Source: the human T2T-CHM13v2.0 reference genome, Homo sapiens
DNA length: 64,000 nt
Direction: 5' to 3' (one strand)
Assembly: GCF_009914755.1 (NCBI RefSeq)
Contig: NC_060939.1
Shown here piece after piece: positions 46,700 to 64,000 of the stretch (its first letter is position 1; each line of letters opens with the position of its first letter). A program made the position numbers and the translations under genes. The notes under the pieces were generated by a model. It searched no databases and had not been told where the DNA came from. It saw only the letters and a program-made list of their open reading frames with translations.

Positions 46700-47180
46700 C
46701 TTCTCAATTCCCAGTCTTATCTCCATTCCCTCTCAGCTACACATATGCATGGGCACACAAGGGACTTCTCCATCATCCCAAACTGCCTCCTCCCCCAACT
46801 CACTGCACTCACACCTCCTAACCACACACACTTAACTCCTATCTTTGCGTCTTTCTTCTCTTGCCTCCTGACCCCTCCAATGCATTCTCTACACTGCACT
46901 CAACTGATCTTTAAGAGACCCATCACCATAACCTCTCCTGCTTATAATCCTGCAAAACTGAAGCCCACATCCTTAATATGGCCTACAGCTCCTGCAGATC
47001 AGACCTTCCTCCCAGGCTTGTCCAATGTCTTTCCATTCACTGCGATAGCCCCAGTGAGGGTCCCCCCAGTTCTAGGATGGCACCATGCTCCTTCCCAGCT
47101 CAGGCCCTGCACCTATGCTGCGCCTTTCATTGCCTTCTCCACCAGTGCCTGACATGGCACATTAGAAAGCTTTCGGTTAA
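46700..47180 (+). mobile_element. L2 fragment
   Basis: Pyrimidine-rich L2 sense body ending cagtgcctgacatggc. Confidence 0.55.
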
Positions 47181-47404
47181 TAACTACTTCTCTATTCACT
47201 TGCTGATTTGATATCAGGGAGTTACACACAAGAGAAGGGAGACCTGGATAAAAGGGGGAAATGACAAGCAGAGAGAGCAAAATGATCAGTTTATTCACTC
47301 ATTCTAGACATATTGAAGAGGTTAGGGAGGTCCAGGTAAATTGGAGCAGTGGAAATCTTAAAGAGCCAGGGGTCAACATATCAGCCCTACAAAAGAAAAC
47401 AAGG

Positions 47405-47727
<323 letters not shown>

Positions 47728-47830
47728 TCAAGGAAAATGGTCTGAATACATATCAATGCCTGATTCAAGTAATGTTTGGAAGAAATCAGTAAATATTTAT
47801 TGAACACTTACTATATGCAAAGCAACATAG

Positions 47831-49165
<1,335 letters not shown>

Positions 49166-49340
49166 GAACATTTATATTTTAAGTATCAGTTATATTAAGC
49201 ATATCTTAAAATGCTGAAAACTCTATTTCTAGATATTATCTATGTAGACAGCCTGATACATTTTATAGTAGTAACAGAGGAAGTTGACTAGAGACAAATT
49301 TAAAAATAAAACTTTCAGTATAGATAATGCAGAAACTATT

Positions 49341-49654
<314 letters not shown>

Positions 49655-50089
49655 TTATTTTCTGTGGTTTTTTTTAAATATATGGAGAACTGATGGTGCT
49701 ACGTTTTTATAAAATACTCTTTTTCACATAAGATAAATAGAATATATAATAACTTGCTGACATATCATCAGTAAAGACTTCTAAATGATAATGTAACATC
49801 TCTGAAACATATCTTATAAACAAGAGAAAAAAAGAGTAGAACCAAAATGAAACTTTAAATTTAATTACATTAAAATTAATGTTTTGAGTAGGTTTTGTTG
49901 AATAACTAGTAGGCTTGACCCTTGGCTAAAAAATAATTTTCTTCACGAAATCTACATACAGCACTTCTACCTTTCTTATATTTGCCACATTTCATTTTGT
50001 GTTATAGTTACATGTATGTTTGTTTTAATAGTATTACTACATTGTTTGTACACAGCCACATGTATGGTATGCTGGTTTTAAAACATATA

Positions 50090-51445
<1,356 letters not shown>

Positions 51446-51460
51446 ATAAATAATGAAATA

Positions 51461-51915
51461 GGCTGGGCACAGTGGCTCACACCTGCAAACCCAGCACTTT
51501 GGGAGGCTGAGGTGGGCAGATTGTTTGAGCCCAGGAGGTAGAGACCAGCCCGGGGGGTAACAGAGCAAAACCCTGTCTCTATGAGAAAAAACAAATAAGT
51601 AATAAAATAAAATATAGGCTGGGCACAGTGGCTCACGCCTGTAATCCTAGCACTTTGGGAGGCCGAGGTAGGTGAATCACTTGAGGCCAGTAGTTTGAGA
51701 TCAGCCTGGCCAATATGGTGAAACGCTGTCTCTACTAAAAATACAAAAATTAGCTGGGCATCCTGGCATGTGCCCGTAATTCCAGATACTTGGGAGGCTG
51801 AGGCAGGAAAATCACTTGAATCCAGGCGGCAGAGGTTGCAGTGAGCCAAGACTGTGCCACTGCATTCCAGCCTGGGCAACAGAGTGAGACTCTGCCTCAA
51901 AAAATACATATAAAA
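51461..51915 (+). mobile_element. FLAM/Alu left monomer (51461-51600) and AluS (51617-51915)
   Basis: Alu consensus. Confidence 0.88.
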
Positions 51916-51939
51916 TAAAAATTTTAAAAATAAAATAAA

Positions 51940-54325
<2,386 letters not shown>

Positions 54326-55027
54326 ATTAAAGATGATGTGAACAGAGATACACACTTTTAGGTGGCTGTATTTTTCCCCCCACAGGAGTCATACTTAACA
54401 CAATGGCCAAGCTATAAAAATTGAATGAGAGGAACTGATGTCCTAGGGTTACTTATCAACATATCTAAAGTAAAATAAATACAAGCATAGTTTTTAAAAT
54501 TTCAAAGCTCTATAAAATGCAATTTTACAAGGTTACTAAATGTGCTTGTTTTCAGGATCCTGAAGGCAATTTCCTGGTATCAAAACCCACATATCCTTTA
54601 TTGAGAATGACTTGCACAACACTATTCTGCATTACATGGGAATAAAATGATGGGTGGTTTTTTCCGAGAGAACATATCCAGGAGCAACGACGCACCTGCA
54701 GTTGGAGCAGATAGTCGCTATACTTTCACCGCATCACCACTAGATTTCCATGAATTCTGCATGAGAAAACTGTGACTGATATGTCAGTTTTTTCACTTAG
54801 TTTATAGTACACGCAAAAATGACATGGCCAGTCTCTTGCCATGTTATTTCCAAAGAAAATTACTTGGAAAATATACCTTTCACCAAACTCTAAATCCATG
54901 TGCAAAATGTAATATTTTATACACCATATAAAAATACCAAAAAACATCTAGCAGTACCAAATCAAGATGAGACACAAGAGAGGGATCCTATGCACTGGTA
55001 GCTGCAGGATGGCTTCTGTAGTAAGTT

Positions 55028-55472
55028 GTATGGTGTGGTCTCCAATAAGATATGTCCTAATCCCAGAACCTAGGAAGGTGACCTTATTGGAAAAAAGGGT
55101 CTCTATAGATGTAAGTTAAGGATTTGGGGCTGAAGAGATCATTCCAGATTATCCAGATGGGCCCTATGTCCAATGATAAATGTCCTTATAAGAGGGAGGC
55201 AGAGGAAGATTGGTCCGAGACAAAAGAGGGGAACGTGATGTGAAGAGGGAGGGAAAGATTAGAGAGATATGACCACACGTCCAGGAATGCCAGGGCATCA
55301 CCAGAAGCTGGGAGAGACAAGGAACACATTCTCCCCTGGCTCTCCCTCAGGGCGTGTGACCCTGCCAGATTTTGGAGTTCCAGCCTTCAAAACTGTGAGT
55401 AAAACTATTTCTATTGCTAAAGTCACCAAGTGTGTGGTGATTTAGGATGGCAGCCACAGGAACAGTTTGACT
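55028..55472 (+). mobile_element. MLT1C/D-like solo LTR
   Basis: gtcctaatcccagaacc...gattatccagatgggccct...ccagaagctgg...gcagccacaggaac. Confidence 0.8.
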
Positions 55473-56157
55473 CCCTTCACCCGGAGTACAATCCACGCAC
55501 CTGCCAATCAAAGCAACAAAGTATGAAAATCACTACTTTAAAAACTCAAGACAAAAGAAACCTCAAAAATACTAGCTTATGTAACCATGAGACCTTCAAA
55601 CTGGCCTTGAATTCAGAATAAACAAGAAACAGCCAAATAGAAAGCTATCATTGAGGAGGGGAAAAAAAAAGGTTAGAAACAACTAACTTTTAATTCTGTT
55701 CAAAGAGAAGCAGTACTACCAAGATATCAAATAAATAATTCCTTTAATTAATAAGCAATCTGCAAAGAATGAGCATAAAATTGTGAATATGAGTTAATTT
55801 GATACTTCCACTGTATACCAGAAACACTACTTTAAAATATAATGGAAAAAACACTCCTTTCACAAAAGTAATGAAAAATATGAAACATAGTTTCAAGAAG
55901 TAACTTTAACCAACCTTGCATGGACCTATATGAAAAAAAAATAAACAGCTTTTATTAATCATTGTTTATATCTTCAAGAACACTTGAACAAGTGGGACCT
56001 GCTTGGTTGTTGGGTAGAAGATTGAGTAACTGTAAGGTACAAGTTAGTCTCAAGATGCTGACAAGTTTGACACATGCAAAAAAAGTCCCAAATATATTTT
56101 TTGAGTGAAGTTAATCAAATAACTCCAAAGCACAACTGGTATGAAAATCTAGTGAGA

Positions 56158-56304
56158 TCACAACACAAACAATAGATAAATGTTTGAAGTTATAGATATC
56201 CCAATTACCCTGATATGATCATGACACATTGTATACATGTATCAAAATAGCACGTGTAGCTCCAAAATATGTCAACTATTCCATATCATAATTAAAAAAA
56301 TAAA
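56158..56304 (+). mobile_element. L1MA 3' end
   Basis: gataaatgtttgaag...cccaattaccctgat...cattgtatacatgtatcaaaat plus A tail. Confidence 0.8.
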
Positions 56305-56333
56305 GTGAGAAAGAAAAGATTTATTAACACTTA

Positions 56334-56632
<299 letters not shown>

Positions 56633-56729
56633 GACTTATAAAGTAAACTAATGGGCATAGTGATGACACGGTCTGCTAAATATTAAAACAGGACATAAAG
56701 GTACACTTATTAAAACGTAAGGAACAACA

Positions 56730-57290
56730 TACAGCTGCACGAAGCATATGTCCATATAGGAACTTGTATGCAAACATTCACAGCAGCATTATTTCATAAG
56801 AGCCAAAAAGCAAAAACAGCACAACTGTGCTTCAGCTGATGAACAGATAAATAAGATGTGGCATATCCATACAATAGAATATTATTCAGTCATAAAAATG
56901 AATGTAGCCAGGAGAGGTGGCATGCACCTGTAGTCTCAGCTACTCAAGAGGCTGAGGAGGGAGGATCACTTGAGCACCGGGCAACATAGTGAGACCCTGT
57001 CACTTTAAAAAAAAATGAGGCTTTCCTCTTTACTTCTACAGGTATTGATACATAATACAATACAACATAGATGAACCTTGAAAACATTCTACTAAGTGAA
57101 AGAAGCCAGACACAAGAGACCATATATTGCACTATTCCATTAAAATGTTCAGAACAGATAAATCCGTGAGACAGAAAGTAGATTAGTGGTTGCCAGAGAC
57201 TGGGGGAAGGGGGAATGGGGAGTGACTGCTAATGGGTATGAAAGCCTTTTGGGTGTGATGAAAGTCTTCTGGAATTATAGTTATATTTTT
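56730..57290 (+). mobile_element. L1MB 3' region with a deleted Alu fragment (56906-57016)
   Basis: atgaaccttgaaaacatt...aagtgaaagaagccagacacaa...gacagaaagtagattagtggttgccag. Confidence 0.8.
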
Positions 57291-57364
57291 ACCTTGTATC
57301 ATGTCAAGAAATAAACTTCAGATGGAGTAAAGATTTAAAAATAGAAAATAAAGTCATGAAAGAA

Positions 57365-57897
57365 CAGTTGGACCTCCGTATCTGTGAGTTCTGCATCCGT
57401 GGATTCAACTAACAACAGATCAGAAATATTTCTTAAAAAAATATGTGGGTGCGGCCAGGTGTGGTGGCTCATGCTTATAATCCCAGCACTTTGGGAGGCT
57501 GAGGCGGGCAGATCACGAGGTCAGGAGATCGAGACCATCCTGGCTAACACGGTGAAACCCCGTCTCTATGACTGTGCCACTGCACTCCAGCCTGGGTGAC
57601 AGAGCAAGACTCCGTCTCAAAAAAAAAAAAAAATGTGGGTGCATCTGTACCAAACATGTACAAACTTTTTTTCTTGTCACTATCCCCTAAATAATACAAT
57701 ATAACAATTATATACAGAGCATTTACATTGTATTACATATTATAAGTACTCTAGAGATGATTTAACATATACCAGAGGGTATGTGCAGGTCATATGCAAA
57801 TATTATTCAATTTTATATAAGGAACTTGAACATCCATGGATTTTGATATCTGAAGGGGGTCCTGGGACAATCCCCCATATATACCAAGGGACAACTA
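57365..57897 (-). mobile_element. MER2 (Tigger family) interrupted by an internally deleted AluY (57453-57633)
   Basis: cagttggacctccgtatctgtgagttctgcatccgtggattcaac ... ataccaagggacaact; Alu TSD atgtgggtgc. Confidence 0.85.
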
Positions 57898-58092
57898 TAC
57901 TATAAGAAAATAAAGAATAATATTTCTATAATCTTATATTGGGGAGTCCAGTCTAAATATGACATGGATTAGAGAAGTTATAAAAGACATACAGACTTAA
58001 GCATATAAATATGACAAGCTTCCAGAAGATGAGAGACTTCTTGAATGGATACTGTTTTTTTTTTTTAAGGATGTTTCTATTTACATATCTTA

Positions 58093-58165
58093 CCCATTTC
58101 CTGTTTAGAAAAAAAAAATGCAGCTCGCTGCCAGCACACATTTCTCAGGGCAAACAGGAAATGGG
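58093..58165. mobile_element. MER75A (piggyBac MITE)
   Basis: Perfect 14-bp TIR cccatttcctgttt / aaacaggaaatggg; TTAA on the right, ctta on the left. Confidence 0.85.
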
Positions 58166-58528
58166 TTAAAAGGCCTACGTATGTAGTAGACACCTGCTGG
58201 GTGGTCTCCTGATTCAACCATTCTTTCTCTTATATTACGTGGATCGGGCCTCAAGCCTTGGTCATCTTTCTTCTTGCCACATGGACAAGAAGCGCAGGGA
58301 AGGCCTTTTTACAGACAAATAAGAATAAAATATGTATGTGAAGAGGGCAGACATAAATGATGCAGAACTGAATACTGATGTCATGCAAATTCTCTGTTCC
58401 AGCCTTTTTCCAAGGCCAATATGCATTCTTGCCTTTGGGGACTGGGAGACACTCCAATATTCCTCTATGGGTTTCTTCTCTTACTTAAAAGATGTTTAAA
58501 TGAGTACATTTTATTATATTTAAAATGA

Positions 58529-59753
<1,225 letters not shown>

Positions 59754-61486
59754 TGAAGAATTATTTCTAGCAATAGAAACCTCTTAGACAGATGGATGTC
59801 CAATAACTGAGGATTGATTGTGGACTATTTAAGTGACATTAGTTACATTAATGTTACTTAAGCATTAACATGCTATTTGTAATAACAAGGAAAAAGTATG
59901 TTATTTTGTTAAGTGAAAGAAACGATTAACTTATAGTTTAATCATAACTATATAAAACATTTTAAACCTATATATAGAACAAAAGGTCGGAATGATCAAA
60001 GTGTTCGCATCTATTATCTTTGACTGATGAGACACTATGGTAGTATCTTCTGCTGTAGAAAATATCCAAATTTTCTATTATAAGCAAACCTACTTTGGAG
60101 AATAAAATAAAACAAAGTCAAATATTAAGAAGAGCTTTGGGAAAACAGAACCCAAAGTGCAAGGCATCAGAGAGGTCTCCATCATCTGATTATGAAATCT
60201 TGGACTCTGACCCCGCAGCAATCTACCAGAAACTCTAGGCAACAAGGATGGGACTTCCCACCCCATGCACAGAGGTGGCCCCGGTAAGAAGGCAGAGTTT
60301 GACAGTCATTGTGGGTGCTCCCACCCACAGCTCCTGTCAGGAAGTGGCTGTGAAACCGGGTTCCTCAGAGCCATCGTGGTTCTCTGGAGGTAATCTGGGT
60401 TGGGGAGTGGCTGGAGGAAGTAAATAGGGGTCCAGCTTCCTTTGCCTTCTCAGCCTGGTCCTCTCCATCACAGGTAGCTTTCCACAAACTCTAAGTTGAA
60501 AATACAAGCAGCTTCTTCCGAGAATTGTTCTTGCTCTCTAGAGAATTCTCTTCATTAACGCTGTTAGTATCCCTTGACTGGAAGGCACCATAGCATTTAT
60601 GTGTAATTCCTGAATCACCTCCATGATTTTCAGATATTTTAGGAACCGGGATGTTTTCCTCAAATGAAATCTCCTGTGTATACTCAGGATAAAAGTGAAA
60701 GAGGGGAGAAAAGGAAAAAGGAGGCCTTGTGCTGCTGTGAAACCCAACAGCTCTGAGGAACCGGGTTCAAAGCCACTTCCTCAAACAGGAGCTGTGGGTG
60801 GGAGCCTCCACATTGACTGTCAGCCTCTCTGCATTCTTACTGGGGCTACCTCTATTCAAGGGGCAGGAATGCCCAGACCTTCTGCCTAGAGTTTTTGGTG
60901 GATTGTCTGGGAGTCAGAGCCCACAGAGTCTGCTGCCAGACCTGACCACATCCCAAACTCTGACTCAGGAGTAAGCGCTTTCTTTCTCTCCCCCTGGAAT
61001 CCTGTTTCACTGTTTAAGTGTTATTGCACCTCCCCTTCTGCACTCCTGTTCCCTGGTTCCAGGGAGCAGAAAGTAATTACAGGACACCTATGCTGTCCAT
61101 TCCGTCTTCAAGTAGTCCAGAGGCACCCTTGGATTTGCACAGTTATACTTAAAAACCCAGAAGACACTTCGCCCTTGCCCTAGGATCACCCCCTCAACTC
61201 CCTAGTCCCTGGCAATCATTAGTCTACTTTCTGTTTCTACAAATTTGCTCATTCTGAACATTTCATATAAATGGAATGATACAATATGTGGCCTTTTGTT
61301 ACTCACTTCCTTCATTTACCCTGAGTTTTCAAGGTTCCCCCATGTGGTATCACATGTATTAATACTTCATTACTTTTTATGGGTGAACAATAGTATGGAT
61401 ATACTATGGATATACCACATTTTGTTTGTCTATTTTTCAGCTGATGAACAATTAGGCTGTTTCCATCTTTTGGTTATTAGGAAATG

Positions 61487-61840
61487 CAGGCATACCTCAT
61501 TTTGTTGTGCTTTGATTTAATGAGCTTTGCAGACACTGAGTTTCTTAAATGGAAGGTTTATGGCAACCCTGTATCTAGCAAGTCGACAGGCACCATTTTT
61601 CTAATGGCCTGTACTCACCTTGTTAGCGTTTCTTAGCAAAATTTTAAAATTAAGGTATGTACATTGTTCTTCTTACATGTAATGCTACTGCACACTTAAT
61701 AGACTACACTATAGTGTAATCATAACTTTTATATAGACTGAGAAACGAAAAGAATTGTGTGATTCACATTATTGCAAAACACAACATTTGTTTTATCATG
61801 ATGTTCTGGAATGGAACCTGCAATATCTCAGGTATGCCTG
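61487..61840 (+). mobile_element. Tigger1 internal-deletion derivative
   Basis: Both termini present (caggcatacctc ... aggtatgcctg|ta); Tigger1 5' and 3' ends joined in ~354 bp. Confidence 0.85.
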
Positions 61841-62158
61841 TAATGCTGTGAATATGCATGTATGCATTTTGTGTGGACATATGTTTTCAATTCTCTTGGG
61901 TATATACCCTTAGGAATGAAATTGCTGGTTCATATGACAACTCTTATGTTTAACATAGACCTGCAAACTGCTCAGGAACTGCAAATTATTTTCCACAGCA
62001 ATGACACTATTTTACATTCCCACCAGCACGCATGAGGGTCCCAATTTCTCTACATTCTTGCCAGCACTTACTATTGCTCTTCTTTTTGATTACAGCCATC
62101 TTAGTGGACGTAAAGTGGTATCTCATTGTGATTTTGATTTGCACTTCCTGACGATTAA

Positions 62159-62297
62159 CCCATTTATGAGGGAGGTTGCAATTTTTTGAATTGCAGACGT
62201 GTGAAAAATCAGACCTTGGTGATGACCTTGAGCAGTAGGATATAAATAACTCCCACAGGTTTAGCATTCCAGTAGTGGAACGCTAGGCATAAATGGG
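62159..62297 (-). mobile_element. MER85 (piggyBac3/PGBD3 MITE)
   Basis: ttaa|cccatttatg ... cataaatggg TIRs, 139 bp; internal gaccttgagcagtaggatataaataactcccac and palindrome at 62266-62281. Confidence 0.92.
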
Positions 62298-63323
62298 ATT
62301 CAACGATACTGGCATCTTTTCATGTGCTTATTATCTATTTGTATGTTGCCTTTGGAGATATGTCTACTCAAGTCCTTTGCCACTTTTTAATTGGCTTGTC
62401 TTTTTTTTGTTGATTCATAAGAGTTATTTACATATTCTGGATATTAGACCCTTTTCAGATATAGGATTTGCAAACATTGTCTCCCACACTGTGGGTTGTC
62501 TTTTCAATTTATTTATTTTGTGATGGGGGGAGATTAGGGAATACGAAGAATGCCTGTTCTCTTTACTGACGGTATCATTTAAAGCACAAAAGTTTTAAAT
62601 ATTGATGAAGCTCATTGTACCTATTTTTTTTCTTTTGTCACTTATGTTTTTGGTGTCATATCTAAGCAACCATTCCTTAATCCAAGGTCATGAAGACTTA
62701 CTCCTGTGTTTTCTTCTGAAAGTCTTATAGTTTTAGCTCTTATGTTTAGGTCTATGATCCATTTTGAGTTAATTTTTGTGTATAGTATGAGGAAGGGGTC
62801 CAACTTCATTCCTTTACAGGTAGATATACACTTGTCCCAGCATCATCTATTGAATTCTTTAGTTAAGAAGCACTGAATCCTAGTCCAACATCTTCATTTT
62901 ACAGATAAGAAAATTTTGGCCCAGAAAGATCATGTTAAAATTACTTTGTGTTGAGAATAAAAGAAAATACATCTGAAAGAAGATATACCAAGTCAATAAT
63001 AATAACAACAAAAAAAGAACATACAGAGAAAGAGAAAACTTTTTGTTTCTGTTCTTCAGAATTTCTAAGTCCAGTGAGAGAGGTAAACAGTACAACATGG
63101 GATGTTCAGGACTAATCACAGAAATATACAAAGTGGGGGTGAAATCATAGAGAAAAGCCTGCTTAACTGCCTGGTGATTTAAGCTAAGATTCACCAGGGA
63201 GGATCATTCTAGGCAAAACAAACAAAAAAAAACCCCTCGTATACAAAAGCCTCTCAGCTGGAATGTTATGGGAAGTGTACATGTGGCAAGATCTTAAGTT
63301 GAGGCAAAAGGAAAGCGGAGTGA

Positions 63324-64000
<677 letters not shown>

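Larger units (their letters stand above)
61190..62855 (-). mobile_element. L1MB 3' region hosting a Tigger1 derivative and MER85
   Basis: Antisense L1 (gtccctggcaatcattagtctactttctg; gtggtatctcattgtgattttgatttgc; ccagcatcatctattgaa). Confidence 0.85.

Overview
Human genomic DNA: dense in Alu, L1, L2, MIR, MaLR LTR and DNA-transposon remnants, with one CpG island. It covers the 5' end of TJP1 (tight junction protein ZO-1) on the minus strand. Exon 1 (coding 22798-22772, MSARAAAAK) lies in a CpG island at about 22.2-23.8 kb and splices in phase 0 across a ~21 kb intron to a 57-nt exon (1474-1418, STAMEETAIWEQHTVTLHR). A second in-frame N-terminal exon (21335-21297, MERNTFSMDCHSK) and a 7-codon uORF are also visible. 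The region 24-64 kb is mostly interspersed repeats; from recall it is intronic to a longer TJP1 isoform, which I cannot verify here. I found no convincing undescribed multi-gene system, and almost all ORFs in the track are Alu, L1 or GC-rich artefacts. The best leads are the alternative exon, a pair of inverted ARE-like motifs in intron 1, a young AluYa5, a MER85 with the PGBD3-binding palindrome, hAT and CR1 coding fossils, a locally templated L1 insertion and a split, inverted L1. Repeat names come from remembered consensus sequences; boundaries are approximate unless a TSD or TIR is quoted.
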